From positions 3,821 through 67,820 of the forward strand of contig JAVXGI010000001.1 in the NCBI GenBank assembly GCA_036657515.1: 64,000 nucleotides of DNA. The letters run 5' to 3'. A model generated the notes under the pieces. The model had not been told where the DNA came from and did not search any database. It saw only the letters and a program-made list of their open reading frames with translations. Positions 18,682-31,977 of the stretch are shown in pieces (position 1 is the first letter of the stretch; every line of letters starts with the position of its first letter). Position numbers and translations under genes: made by a program. Source of the stretch: Bacilli bacterium. Lineage in GTDB: Bacteria > Bacillota_I > Bacilli_A > RFN20 > CAG-826.

Positions 18682-20868
18682 CTAAAACGTAATTGGATCA
18701 ACATCAACGAATATCGTGATATTTTTATTAAATTCATAACTATGAACAATTTTGTTTAAAATAGGAAGAACTAGCTCATAAGACTTAAATTTAAGAACAA
18801 ATTCCACACTATAACCGTAATTATATTCATTTTTAACTTTTTTATTGCGATAAATAAAGTTTTCATTTGCTAAATTTGCAAAGACTTCATTAAACTTATT
18901 TAATGCTTTCTCCACATTTTTTTCTAATTTGGAAGAAATTTTAATTACTGCTACATAAAAATACGGAGGATTATTTAAAGCTCGGCGTATTTTCATCTCT
19001 TTTTCATAAAACAAATTGTAGTTTTGACTAGCTGCTAATTGTATTACATAATTTTTAACTGAATGCGTTTGAACGAGTGCTACTCCTTCAATTTCTCCTC
19101 TTCCAGTTCTACCAATTGTTTGGGTAATCATTTGAAATGTTTTTTCGGCCGCGTTAAATACTGGCATCGTTAAACCTTGATCAGCATTTAATATTCCAAC
19201 TAAACTTACATTAGGGAAATCATGACCTTTGGCAATCATTTGAGTTCCAATTAATATATCAATTTTTCCTAGAGAAAAATTGTTCAATATTTTTGATATT
19301 TCTCCTTCTGATTTAGCATTATCAGAATCAAATATCTTTATTTTGGCATTAGGGAAATATTGATTTATTTCTTCTTCAATTTTAAGCGTTCCATAACCAA
19401 TATTATAAAATTCACTTGCTCCACATTCATTACATTTTAATAGACTCTTTTTTGTTCGATATCCGCAAGTATGACAAATAATTCTATCATCACCATGATA
19501 AATCAATGGTTTTCCACATTTAGGACAAAGTACTGTTTCATTACAAGTCCTACAAACAACAAAATTAGAATATCCTCTTCTGTTAATTAGAAGCATAACT
19601 TGTTCTTTTTTTAGTAAAGCTAAAGAAATCATATTTAGTAAATCTTTAGATAAAAACGAAGATCCTGGAACTAAATTATCAATATTATTCATATTAATTA
19701 TCTTTGATTGTGGTAGTTCTTGTTTGTTATATCTTTCATCAAGTTCTAACAAATGATAAACTTTCCTACTTGCTTTTGCCATCGACACAATGTCTGGAGT
19801 TGCTGTTCCTAAAATAAGTTTACAATTATTAATTTTTGCACGATATTCCGCAATTTCAATTGCAGAATAACAAGGCGAATCTTGGTTTTTATAAGATTCA
19901 CTAAATTCTTCATCGATAATAATTAAACCAAGATTCTTGACTGGTGCAAAAATTGCGCTTCTTGTGCCAATTACAATTTTTAAATTTTGATCAATAATTC
20001 GACGATATTCATCATATCTTTGTCCACTCGTAAGTCCGCTATGTAAAATCGAAATATCTTCAATTCCAAAATAAGAAATGAATCTATTTTTCATTAAAGG
20101 AGTAAGGTTGATTTCAGGAACTAAAAGAATAGCGTTTTTTCCACTATTAATAATTTTCTCGATTAATTTGATATAAATTTCAGTTTTGCCACTTCCAGTT
20201 ACGCCTTTTAATAAAAAAACGCTATCAGAAGAAGAATTAATTTCGTCATAAATATTTTGTTGTTTTAAAGTTAAATCAAATTTACTACGTTTTAACGACT
20301 TAATACCTTCGTATCTATAGGTAACTTCTTTTATTTCTTCAATTAAATTTAAAGAAACTAGTTTTTTAATCGTTGAAAGTGAATAAAGTGACTTTAAAAC
20401 CTTATCATATTTTGAAATATCATATAATACTTCAAATTGCTTTTTACTTAGTTTTGGTATCGTAATTCCATTTGTTTTACGAACATATATAGAATATTTA
20501 ATTTTTGGACCATCAAGGGAAGAAGTTTTTGGTTTTAATGAAGATGGTAATATTGTTTGAAGACAGCTAATTCGCGAAGCAACGTATCTATAAGACATAT
20601 GATTAGCAATTTCAAATAATTCTTTACTAATTATTGGAGCTTTATCTATCACTTCAATAATTTCACGAATTGAACTTCCTAGAGCTTCGTTTATTTCATC
20701 TTTTGATCTGCTATCTTCCTTTGAAGACATAACAAAACCAATTAATGTTTGTTTTCCAAAAGGAACTTTCACTCTAACTCCAGAATCAATATCAAAAGAT
20801 GAAAAGTATGTAAACTCTTTATCGAGTGATAACATTTTTAATTCAACTAATACATTTATTAAAAACAC
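18682..20868 (-). CDS. priA: primosomal replication-restart helicase PriA
   Basis: 728 aa, GTG start abutting the gmk stop. GVTGSGKTE Walker A, IIIDEE (DExx). Zinc-binding CRTCNETVLCPKCGKPL...CHTCGY...CNECG. GRTGRG motif VI. Confidence 0.92.
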   Translation of the reverse strand: MFLINVLVELKMLSLDKEFTYFSSFDIDSGVRVKVPFGKQTLIGFVMSSKEDSRSKDEINEALGSSIREIIEVIDKAPIISKELFEIANHMSYRYVASRISCLQTILPSSLKPKTSSLDGPKIKYSIYVRKTNGITIPKLSKKQFEVLYDISKYDKVLKSLYSLSTIKKLVSLNLIEEIKEVTYRYEGIKSLKRSKFDLTLKQQNIYDEINSSSDSVFLLKGVTGSGKTEIYIKLIEKIINSGKNAILLVPEINLTPLMKNRFISYFGIEDISILHSGLTSGQRYDEYRRIIDQNLKIVIGTRSAIFAPVKNLGLIIIDEEFSESYKNQDSPCYSAIEIAEYRAKINNCKLILGTATPDIVSMAKASRKVYHLLELDERYNKQELPQSKIINMNNIDNLVPGSSFLSKDLLNMISLALLKKEQVMLLINRRGYSNFVVCRTCNETVLCPKCGKPLIYHGDDRIICHTCGYRTKKSLLKCNECGASEFYNIGYGTLKIEEEINQYFPNAKIKIFDSDNAKSEGEISKILNNFSLGKIDILIGTQMIAKGHDFPNVSLVGILNADQGLTMPVFNAAEKTFQMITQTIGRTGRGEIEGVALVQTHSVKNYVIQLAASQNYNLFYEKEMKIRRALNNPPYFYVAVIKISSKLEKNVEKALNKFNEVFANLANENFIYRNKKVKNEYNYGYSVEFVLKFKSYELVLPILNKIVHSYEFNKNITIFVDVDPITF

Positions 20869-21453
20869 TTATTCAGCCTTTTTATCAATATTTAATTTAA
20901 GGATGCTTGCTATTTCTTCTGCAGCTCTATTTTGATCATCATTAATTACAGTATAGTTGTAATTTGATGAAAGATTTAATTCACTTGAAGCTTTTGCTAA
21001 TCTCTCAGCAATAATTTCAGGACTTTCAGTTTTACGATTTTTTATTCTTTCTTGAAGAATCTCAATGCTTGGAGTAGTTAAGAATATCGAAATAACTTGA
21101 CTATCTTTCCAGTTATTCATAATTTGCATTGCACCATTAACTTCAATTTCAAGCAAAACGTTATATCCTTGTTTTAATAAATCAACAACATAATTTTTTG
21201 GAGTTCCATAACAATGTCCAACAAAACAGGCATTTTCCAAAAAATTATCCTTAATTAAGTTCTCTTGAAATTCTTTATCAGAGACAAAAAAGTAATCAAC
21301 TCCGTTAGCTTCTTGGTTGCGTGGAGTTCTTGTAGTCATAGAAATAGAATACTTGAGATTTAGCTCAGCATGGTTTGCCATCAATATTTTTCTTATAGTG
21401 CCTTTGCCGACGCCGCTTGGACCACTAAGTATAATTAACATTCCGTTCTTCAT
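20869..21453 (-). CDS. gmk: guanylate kinase
   Basis: LSGPSGVGKGT P-loop, SMTTRTPR, GVDYFFVS. Confidence 0.93.
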   Translation of the reverse strand: MKNGMLIILSGPSGVGKGTIRKILMANHAELNLKYSISMTTRTPRNQEANGVDYFFVSDKEFQENLIKDNFLENACFVGHCYGTPKNYVVDLLKQGYNVLLEIEVNGAMQIMNNWKDSQVISIFLTTPSIEILQERIKNRKTESPEIIAERLAKASSELNLSSNYNYTVINDDQNRAAEEIASILKLNIDKKAE

Positions 21454-21512
21454 AATTGGGTAAGAATATTATATTATATTATAGGAAAGGTTTAAAGCGA
21501 AAAAGTGTAAAA

Positions 21513-22883
21513 ATGTCAATTAACTACGCATATTTTGATTATTTTGTAAATAATACGAAAACTTCCATAATAGATGCCAGAATTAACAAGATTCTTCAGT
21601 TATCTAAGTGCGATTTCTTTTTAGTTTTGTCTTCAAAAGCTAATGTTCATATCTCATTAAATTCTCAAAATCCATTTATTGCAGAAGAGATTGTTCCGTT
21701 TACAATCAGAAACGAAACATCTCAATTTTTAATTCAACTAAAAAAGGAACTTCAAAACGCCAGAATTGAAGAATTAAAAATTGAAAATGAGGATAAAATA
21801 ATATCGATTAAATATAGAAAAACATACGATAATTACGAGGTTCAAAACGGAACAATTATTTTAGAATTTTTAACAAATCATCCAAACTTAATTATATTAG
21901 ATAAATCAAATACCATTTTATTAGCATATCGTTATTCTACACTTTTTGTAAATCGTCCAATTGCAAAAGGAATGACTTATGAATTTCCTCCAAAAGGAGA
22001 AAAGATGCTTGCAAAAAATACTAATACTGAAAAATTAATTTCCGATTACAATTCTTCTTTTGAAAATTTACAAATAAAAGATTGCTTTAGAGATGTGAAA
22101 AAAATAGTCAATAATAGAACAAAACAACTTCAGAAAAAAATAAAAATATTAACTGAATTAGTTGTCAATTCAAAAGACTTTGACTACATGCGCAGACTTG
22201 GCGATTACATTTATGAAAATATTGATACTATAAAAGACAATAAAGTTATTTTTGAAGATCAAGAAATTGAATTAAATAATATGTATACCATTGGACAAAA
22301 TGCTAATTTATTTTATAAAAAATACCATAAATTAAAGCAAGGGCATTCAATGAATATTGAATTTTTAAAAGTGGCACAAGATGAGTATGATTATTTTATT
22401 TATCTTAATGAACAAATTGCTAATTCTTCTCTTGATGATATGTCGCAAATAAAACAGGACCTCATTTTTAATGGCTATCTAAAAGAGAAAAATGAAAAGA
22501 AACATGCGGAAGCAATTTCTCCGTATTTTATTATGGTTGAAGATGTTAAAATATGTTTTGGAAAAAACAATTTACAAAATGATATGCTTACTTTTAAATT
22601 GTCTAAGCCAAATTATTATTTCTTTCATATTAAAGACTATAGCGGATCCCATGTTGTTATTTTTTCAAGTAATCCTAATGAAAAACAGATCAATTACGCT
22701 GCAAAACTGGCACTTTTTCTCTCACATAAAGAAAATGGTGAAGTTTTGCTCGCAGACGTTCATGATGTAAAAAAGGCAAATAAACTTGGAAAAGTAAATA
22801 TACTTAAATTTGAGACAATTTTAATTAATAGCTACGATGATCAAGAAATCAAAGAAAAATTAAAAGAGGCAAAAAAACTATGA
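21513..22883 (+). CDS. rqcH: RqcH/NFACT-family ribosome quality control protein (FbpA-like)
   Basis: Start moved to the ATG at 21513 (MSINYAYFDYF). C-terminal NFACT-R/DUF814 signature YFFHIKDYSGSHVVIFS. The middle is coiled-coil. It is shorter than typical RqcH. Confidence 0.7.
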   Translation: MSINYAYFDYFVNNTKTSIIDARINKILQLSKCDFFLVLSSKANVHISLNSQNPFIAEEIVPFTIRNETSQFLIQLKKELQNARIEELKIENEDKIISIKYRKTYDNYEVQNGTIILEFLTNHPNLIILDKSNTILLAYRYSTLFVNRPIAKGMTYEFPPKGEKMLAKNTNTEKLISDYNSSFENLQIKDCFRDVKKIVNNRTKQLQKKIKILTELVVNSKDFDYMRRLGDYIYENIDTIKDNKVIFEDQEIELNNMYTIGQNANLFYKKYHKLKQGHSMNIEFLKVAQDEYDYFIYLNEQIANSSLDDMSQIKQDLIFNGYLKEKNEKKHAEAISPYFIMVEDVKICFGKNNLQNDMLTFKLSKPNYYFFHIKDYSGSHVVIFSSNPNEKQINYAAKLALFLSHKENGEVLLADVHDVKKANKLGKVNILKFETILINSYDDQEIKEKLKEAKKL

Positions 22884-23701
22884 ACACAATTAGCTTAGAT
22901 AAAGTTGAAGACATTATAAATTCGCGTTGCAGAGTTAAGATACAAAGTGGATTTTCAAATAACGTTTATCTAGTTGATGATAAATATATTTTACGTATTC
23001 CTAAAGAATATCGTGACCCAGGTGTTAACTATTTTATTGAAGAAAACATCATACAAGTATTAAATAAAACAAATATTAGCGAAAAAGTATTATATCATGA
23101 TGAAAAAACAGGTATTAAAATCTCTAAAAAAATTAAGGATGCATATAATATCACAACTTATGATGATGAAACTATTATTGAGTTAGCAAAAGATATAAAA
23201 ATACTTCATAAATTAGTAATTGAAACTGTTTCATACAGCATTCTTGATAAAATAAAACAATATAAAGAGAATTTAAAAGAAGAAGATTTTATCAATGAAG
23301 AATATGAGAAGAAGATCACAAATACTTATATGATAATTGATAGTAAATATCCACAAGTTCTTTCGCACAATGACATTGTATTAAATAACATTATGAAATT
23401 AAAAAGTAATGTAAGATTAATTGACTTCGAATTTGCATCAAAAAATATGCAACTTTTTGATATTGCATCGTTTATTAGCGAAAACGACTTATCCGATCAT
23501 CAAATTGATCTTTTTATAAGACAATTTGAAGAAAAACCAAATTCAGAATTTTTAGAAGACTTATCTATCACAATTCAAATGCAAAACATCTTGTTTTATT
23601 ATTGGTCAATGCACATGTATTATATGCGCAAAGAAAAAAGCTATTTAGAAATAGCTTTAGTAAAAAAATCAAATATTCTTAAACATTTAACAGCTAATTA
23701 A
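22880..23701 (+). CDS. choline/ethanolamine-kinase-like (APH-fold) kinase
   Basis: Brenner motif LSHNDIVLNN and LIDFEFAS. ATGA overlap with rqcH. Confidence 0.65.
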   Translation: MNTISLDKVEDIINSRCRVKIQSGFSNNVYLVDDKYILRIPKEYRDPGVNYFIEENIIQVLNKTNISEKVLYHDEKTGIKISKKIKDAYNITTYDDETIIELAKDIKILHKLVIETVSYSILDKIKQYKENLKEEDFINEEYEKKITNTYMIIDSKYPQVLSHNDIVLNNIMKLKSNVRLIDFEFASKNMQLFDIASFISENDLSDHQIDLFIRQFEEKPNSEFLEDLSITIQMQNILFYYWSMHMYYMRKEKSYLEIALVKKSNILKHLTAN

Positions 23702-24234
23702 AACATGTCGTGGAATTTTTCTTTGTATCTTTCAAGACATTCGCAGATGATTTTTTTAGCAACTTTTGAATCATAAAACGATTCAATTATTGTTTCTTTA
23801 TTTTCAAGTTCTTTATATACTCTAAAGAAGTGTGAAATTTCATCTAAGATATGTGCAGGTAATTCAGTAATATCTTTGTAACAACTATAAAATGGATCAC
23901 TTGCAGCAACTGCTATAATTTTTTCATCTTGTTCGCCGTTGTCTGTCATCATTAAAACACCTATTGGAATAGCTTCCATAAGTGCAAGTGAAATAATGGA
24001 TTCACTACAAAGTACTAAAACATCAAGTGGATCACGATCCTCTGATAAAGTTTTAGGAATAAAACCATAATTGTGTGGATAAATTGTTGAAGTATATAAA
24101 ACTCTATCAAGTCTTAATGCTCCAGTTTCTTTGTCTAATTCGTATTTACATTTAGAACCTTTTGAGATTTCGATACAAGCCAAAAATTTACTTGGGGTGA
24201 TCCTCTCTCTGTTAACATTGTGCCATAAATTCAT
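23698..24234 (-). CDS. ppa: family I inorganic pyrophosphatase
   Basis: EISKGSKCKYELDKETG, YPHNYGFIP, DPLDVLVL. Confidence 0.92.
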   Translation of the reverse strand: MNLWHNVNRERITPSKFLACIEISKGSKCKYELDKETGALRLDRVLYTSTIYPHNYGFIPKTLSEDRDPLDVLVLCSESIISLALMEAIPIGVLMMTDNGEQDEKIIAVAASDPFYSCYKDITELPAHILDEISHFFRVYKELENKETIIESFYDSKVAKKIICECLERYKEKFHDMF

Positions 24235-24300
24235 ATTATTCTCCGTACATTGTTTCTATTATACTACACAATTTCTAAATTAAAATGTATAATTAGAATT

Positions 24301-25149
24301 ATGTTCAAAAAAGCATTATTTATCTTATTAATATCTTCAATTTCTCTAATAAGTTGTTCAGAAGAGCAAAGAATTAGAGTCTTTAAAAATGGAAATATAA
24401 ATATTGCTACTCCAATTGAAGATAAAACTATCGAATTAGCAAATTTAGATAAGTATAAAATTGAAGATTACCTAATAAAAGTAACTGATTTTTATACCAT
24501 CCTTAATATGATCGATAGAAAAGATAGTTTTATTTATTTAATTAAATCTCAAACTTGCTCACATTGCTTAAATACACTAGCAAATATTATGCCTTTTGCA
24601 TATAATTCAAAACAAACAATTTATTTTAGTGATTTTATAGATATTGTAGAAGATTATCATGAATCCGTCAGTGCCTATAGCGCCATTTTTGATAAAGAAA
24701 TAGGCACTCCGCAACTTTATTTTATAAAAAATGGCGAGCTTTTTGCCAAGGATAATCATTCTCAATTTAATAGCACTTATGAATTATTAAAAAAATATTT
24801 TGATATTGAAACAATTAATGATTCTACCTCTTCTTATTTTACTTCTTTAGAAGCATTTAATAATTCTATGTCCAATTCAACTGCAATTTTTATTAATTCG
24901 AATAACCTATATTCCTATTATACAACTCAACTTAAAAACATGATTCTTCTCTCAAAGAATGAATATTTGATATTTGATACAGCGTTTGTATCTCCAACTG
25001 ACATGAATAAATTAAAAAATACATACGATATTTCTGAGACATTTAATTTTGATTTAGGTGCAATTAAAGTTGAAAATAAAATTAAAACATCATCAATCGA
25101 ATATAGTCAAACCAATCAGGTAGATTTTGAAAAATATCTTGGTCTATAA
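24301..25149 (+). CDS. lipoprotein with thioredoxin-like CxxC domain
   Basis: Start moved to the ATG at 24301 (MFKKALFILLISSISLISC-S lipobox). SQTCSHCLNT CxxC plus a GTPQLYFIKNG cis-Pro-type loop. Confidence 0.6.
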   Translation: MFKKALFILLISSISLISCSEEQRIRVFKNGNINIATPIEDKTIELANLDKYKIEDYLIKVTDFYTILNMIDRKDSFIYLIKSQTCSHCLNTLANIMPFAYNSKQTIYFSDFIDIVEDYHESVSAYSAIFDKEIGTPQLYFIKNGELFAKDNHSQFNSTYELLKKYFDIETINDSTSSYFTSLEAFNNSMSNSTAIFINSNNLYSYYTTQLKNMILLSKNEYLIFDTAFVSPTDMNKLKNTYDISETFNFDLGAIKVENKIKTSSIEYSQTNQVDFEKYLGL

Positions 25150-26349
25150 TTTACTTCTTACAAATTTATCAAACGATAAAGCATCTTCGATATTGTCAAA
25201 TGTTGCCATAAAATAGGTATCACCCATAACATCTGCAATAGCTTTATCATAGTTTCCTTCTTCTTTTATATTGTCTTTATAAATACGTTGAATGCTTTCT
25301 AAAGAATTAACATAATTAAAACGATTCTTACGAGAAACACTAATTGCAAAAGACTTATTTAATGTCTTTTCTTGTCTATTTTCATCAAAAACAATAGAAT
25401 CAGCATAAATATCATAGTATGAACAACCAGTTCCAAAAGAAATTAAATCTGGTGTATTTCCACCTGGAGATCTCATATTAACTTCAAGTGCAATAAATTC
25501 ACCCTTATTTCCTAAACCAGGATAATCTTTATTTAATAAGAAAAATTCAATATGAAAACATCTATTTTGAATATTAAATGCCTCTACAATACGTTGTCCA
25601 TAAACATCAATTTGTTGAGGAATATCTTTAAAAACAAAATAAGCATCATCAGTATCATCTGTTTTCATTTGGTCGGTATTAACTAAAAAACGCTCAGCAT
25701 CTTTAAATATAATTTCACCTTTTGAATTTGTTATACCATCAAAACTATATATTTCTCCATCAATAAATTGTTCAAATATATACTCTACATTATTACGTTT
25801 AATATAAAATTCTTTAAGCTCTTCTTCGGAATTTATTTTAAATGAATTTACGGCTCCAACCCCAATATTGGGTTTTGCAAATATAGGAAATCCTACTTTT
25901 CTTGCAAAATCTAAAGTGGATTCATAATTATCGCTTAAATGATAATTTGCAAATGGCACATTTGCAAATTTAAAATACGTTTTCATGTCCGATTTCTTTT
26001 TATATTTTGCAATCGAAGAGTAATAAATTCCAGTTCTAATTCCAAACCATTCTCTAAGCATGGCATCTTGCTCAAGCCGATATTCATTGTTAGATTCAAT
26101 CCAATCAACATGACCGTATTTTCCAATAAAATAATTAACAGTGTTAATCAAATTTTGCATATTTTTAAGATCGTAACATTGAACGTATTCTGTTAATGCA
26201 TTTCTAAGATGAGGTTTAATTTCACTAGGAAAAGCGTCGCTTATCCCAAGAACAATAACTCCTCTAGTTTTCAGTGCTTCAGCAAATTTATAAAAGCACT
26301 CTGGAAAATTCGGAGAAATGATCAAAAACACAAGTTTGTCTTCAAGCAT
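25144..26349 (-). CDS. ATP-grasp domain protein, substrate unknown
   Basis: 401 aa. Central region KKSDMKTYFKFANVP...FPIFAKPNIGVGAVNSFKI...EQFIDGEIYSFDG...LEVNMRSPGG is typical of an ATP-grasp fold. The start overlaps the atpC stop (ATGCTTGA). Confidence 0.65.
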   Translation of the reverse strand: MLEDKLVFLIISPNFPECFYKFAEALKTRGVIVLGISDAFPSEIKPHLRNALTEYVQCYDLKNMQNLINTVNYFIGKYGHVDWIESNNEYRLEQDAMLREWFGIRTGIYYSSIAKYKKKSDMKTYFKFANVPFANYHLSDNYESTLDFARKVGFPIFAKPNIGVGAVNSFKINSEEELKEFYIKRNNVEYIFEQFIDGEIYSFDGITNSKGEIIFKDAERFLVNTDQMKTDDTDDAYFVFKDIPQQIDVYGQRIVEAFNIQNRCFHIEFFLLNKDYPGLGNKGEFIALEVNMRSPGGNTPDLISFGTGCSYYDIYADSIVFDENRQEKTLNKSFAISVSRKNRFNYVNSLESIQRIYKDNIKEEGNYDKAIADVMGDTYFMATFDNIEDALSFDKFVRSKL

Positions 26350-26752
26350 TATCTATCCCTCGTGATGATACATCTATTTGAACAAGGACTTTTTTAAGTC
26401 TAGTTTCAGCATCACTATGTTCTTTTCCAGTTTTGGAATTTAATAAAAGTTTTTCTGCTTTCTTTTTTTCTTCAATAGCAATATTAACATCAATTTCATC
26501 AGATGACTGAATTGAGTTTAAAATTAAAGTAATTATATTATCAGCAACATCAATTACTCCGCCACCAATCGCAAAATGTTTACTTCTTCCACGATATGAA
26601 ATAGCCATAACTGATATTTCAAGATTAGCAATTAACTTGGCATGATTACTTAAAATAGTAATTTGTCCATCACTTGTTGTCACAGTTAAAGAATCGATAA
26701 GATTATCGAAATACTTTTTTTGAGGTGTTAAGATAACTAATCTTAATTCCAT
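26342..26752 (-). CDS. atpC: F1 ATP synthase epsilon subunit
   Basis: Start moved to the ATG at 26752 (MELRLVILTPQKK) with AAGGA 8 nt upstream. It is the last core gene of the atp operon. Confidence 0.88.
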   Translation of the reverse strand: MELRLVILTPQKKYFDNLIDSLTVTTSDGQITILSNHAKLIANLEISVMAISYRGRSKHFAIGGGVIDVADNIITLILNSIQSSDEIDVNIAIEEKKKAEKLLLNSKTGKEHSDAETRLKKVLVQIDVSSRGIDNA

Positions 26753-26753
26753 T

Positions 26754-29049
<2,296 letters not shown>

Positions 29050-29050
<1 letters not shown>

Positions 29051-30552
29051 TATAATGCCTTCCTTGCCTCATTTGCAGCTTCAATTATTTTAATTTTGCT
29101 CTCTTCACTTAATGTTTTATCATTAGTAATTGAAGCAAAAACTTCTTTATGTCTACTATATAAATATTCACTACAAGTCTTTAAAAACTTATGAATACTA
29201 TCAAGTTCGATGTCATCTAAAAAATTATTTTGTGCAATAAAAATATCAACAATTTCTTCAGCCATTGTTAAAGGACTATATTGTTTTTGTTTGAGAACTT
29301 CCATTAAGACAGCACCGTGATTTAGAATACGTTTTGTTTCTTCATCAAGATCACTTCCAAAACGAGAGAAATCAAGTAATTCACGATAGTTAGCAAGTTC
29401 AATTTTTAAACTAGATGCTACAGATTTCATTGCTTTTGTTTGAGCACTTCCACCAACTCTTGATACACTTAATCCGCTATCAATTGCAGGACGTTGTCCA
29501 GCATTAAATAAATCAGATGTTAAAAATATTTGTCCATCAGTTATTGAAATAATGTTAGTTGGAATGTATGCACTTATATCCCCAGCTTGTGTTTCAACAA
29601 TTGGAAGAGCGGTAATACTTCCACCACCATTTTCTTTATTTAAGCGGCATGCACGTTCAAGTAGTCTAGAATGAATATAAAATATATCTCCAGGATAAGC
29701 TTCTCTACCAGGACTTCTTTTTAAAAGAAGTGAAAGTGTACGATAACTAACGGCATGTTTTGATAAATCATCATAAATTATTAAAACATCTTTACCTTGA
29801 TGCATCCAATATTCAGCGATTGAAACTCCAGCATAAGGAGCAATATAAACTAGTGGAGCAACCTCAGAAGCTGAAGCTGAAACAACTACACAATACGACA
29901 TAACATCTTTTTCTTTTAAACGTTGAACAAGTTGAGCAACTGTACTATTTTTTTGACCAATTGCGACATATATACAAATAACGTCTTTACCTTTTTGATT
30001 AATAATTGCATCAACTGCAATTGCTGTTTTTCCCGTTTGACGGTCGCCAATTATTAATTCTCTTTGTCCTTTACCAATTGGAATCATTGAATCAATAGCC
30101 TTAATTCCAGTTTCAAGTGGAGCATCAACTGATTGACGCATCATAATTCCAGGAGCAGGCATTTCAATTGGACGAAATAATTTAGTATCAATATCTCCTA
30201 AACCATCAATTGGTTGTCCAAGTGGATTAACTACTCTTCCAAGTAATTCATCACCAACTGGAACTTCTACAATTTTACCAGTACGTTTAACAGTATCACC
30301 TTCATGAATATTAGTGTCGTTACCTAATAATACGCAACCTACACTATTTTCTTCAAGATTCATTACCATACCAAAAATTGATGAAGGGAATTCAATTAAT
30401 TCACCTAACATAGCATTATCAAGACCATAAATTAAAGCAATACCATCTCCAACCGTAATTACTGTACCAACGTCATCTGTTTTTACAGTTCTTTCAAAGT
30501 TTTTTATTTCTGCTTTAATTAATTCACTTATTGTGTTTAATTTATTTTTCAT
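29050..30552 (-). CDS. atpA: F1 ATP synthase alpha subunit
   Basis: [12 protein letters not shown]-loop, [21 protein letters not shown]. Confidence 0.98.
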
Positions 30553-30564
30553 ACTATGCCTCCG

Positions 30565-31104
30565 TTAATCATATAGTAATTTATTTTTAATCGAATCCAT
30601 CATCGAACTAATCGAATATTCATAAAGCGTCGAATCTACTAATATTTTAATTCCACCAATAAGTCGTTGATCAATAATGAGTTTAAATTCAACTTTCTTA
30701 TTTAATTTTTTAGTAAAAATACCTTCTAATACTTTGATTTGAGCATCTTCTAGAGAAAATGGACAATATAATTTTCCTTCAATAATTCCTATCTCAATAT
30801 TCATTAAATGATGATATTCATTATAAATTTTAGAGAAATATTCAATTAGAGAATCTGACACAAGTATTTTAAGAAAATTTAATGAATATTGATCGATGTT
30901 TTCTTTAAAAGCTTTGTCAATAAGATCAAATTTATCAGTTTTAAGAACATCATTAGAACACAGATATTTAGAAAACATCGGTGTTTCTTTAAAAACATTT
31001 TTAATTAATTTTAAATCATCATAAAAGATTTTAGATTTTAAGGTTTCAGTACCTAAATCATGAAATCCTATTGCGTAATGTTTAAAGATTAATTTATTTA
31101 TCAT
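30565..31104 (-). CDS. atpH: F1 ATP synthase delta (OSCP) subunit
   Basis: 179 aa between atpF and atpA. C-terminal LIGGIKILVDSTLYEYSI resembles the delta signature. Confidence 0.8.
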   Translation of the reverse strand: MINKLIFKHYAIGFHDLGTETLKSKIFYDDLKLIKNVFKETPMFSKYLCSNDVLKTDKFDLIDKAFKENIDQYSLNFLKILVSDSLIEYFSKIYNEYHHLMNIEIGIIEGKLYCPFSLEDAQIKVLEGIFTKKLNKKVEFKLIIDQRLIGGIKILVDSTLYEYSISSMMDSIKNKLLYD

Positions 31105-31711
31105 TATTTGTATCCTTCAATTGATTAATAAAGTTTTCTACCATTTTTTTATTATCTTCTTCATTGATTTCTCTTCCTAAGATTTCTTTTGAGACATCAA
31201 TTGAGGAATTAATAATTTCATTATGAATTTCTCTTTCCATTTTATGTCTTTCTTCAATTAAATCTTGTTTTGCTCTTTCTTTATTTATTCTAATTTGTTC
31301 ATTTGTTTCTTCAATTACTCTGTTTTGAGTTTTAAGAGAAACTTCACGAGCTTCATCAATTATTTTTTGAGCAGTGATGTGAGATTCTTTTAAATTGTTG
31401 CTTGCTTGTTCACGGTCAACTTTTGCCGAATCAAATTTATCATGAGCGTCTTTAATCGTTTTTTCAACGTGATTTTTTCTTGCATCTAAATTCTTTTTGA
31501 TTGGTTTATAAGCAAAAAAGATCACAATAGAAACCATGACTAAAAAGGATATAATTTGAGCTAATGTAACCCAAATATTTGGAAATAATTTTGAGCCAAT
31601 ATCAAGTTGATCTCCTACTGGCGGATTAGTTGCACCACTTCCAACATTACAAGACGATAACATTGATAATGCAATTAAGCCAATTGACATAAACAAACAT
31701 TTTTTCTTCAT
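31094..31711 (-). CDS. atpF: Fo ATP synthase subunit b with lipoprotein signal
   Basis: 205 aa. Signal plus lipobox MKKKCLFMSIGLIALSMLSSC-N, one TM (ISFLVMVSIVIFFAY), then a long charged helix typical of subunit b. Confidence 0.85.
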   Translation of the reverse strand: MKKKCLFMSIGLIALSMLSSCNVGSGATNPPVGDQLDIGSKLFPNIWVTLAQIISFLVMVSIVIFFAYKPIKKNLDARKNHVEKTIKDAHDKFDSAKVDREQASNNLKESHITAQKIIDEAREVSLKTQNRVIEETNEQIRINKERAKQDLIEERHKMEREIHNEIINSSIDVSKEILGREINEEDNKKMVENFINQLKDTNNDK

Positions 31712-31725
31712 AAACTAGCCTCTCT

Positions 31726-31977
<252 letters not shown>

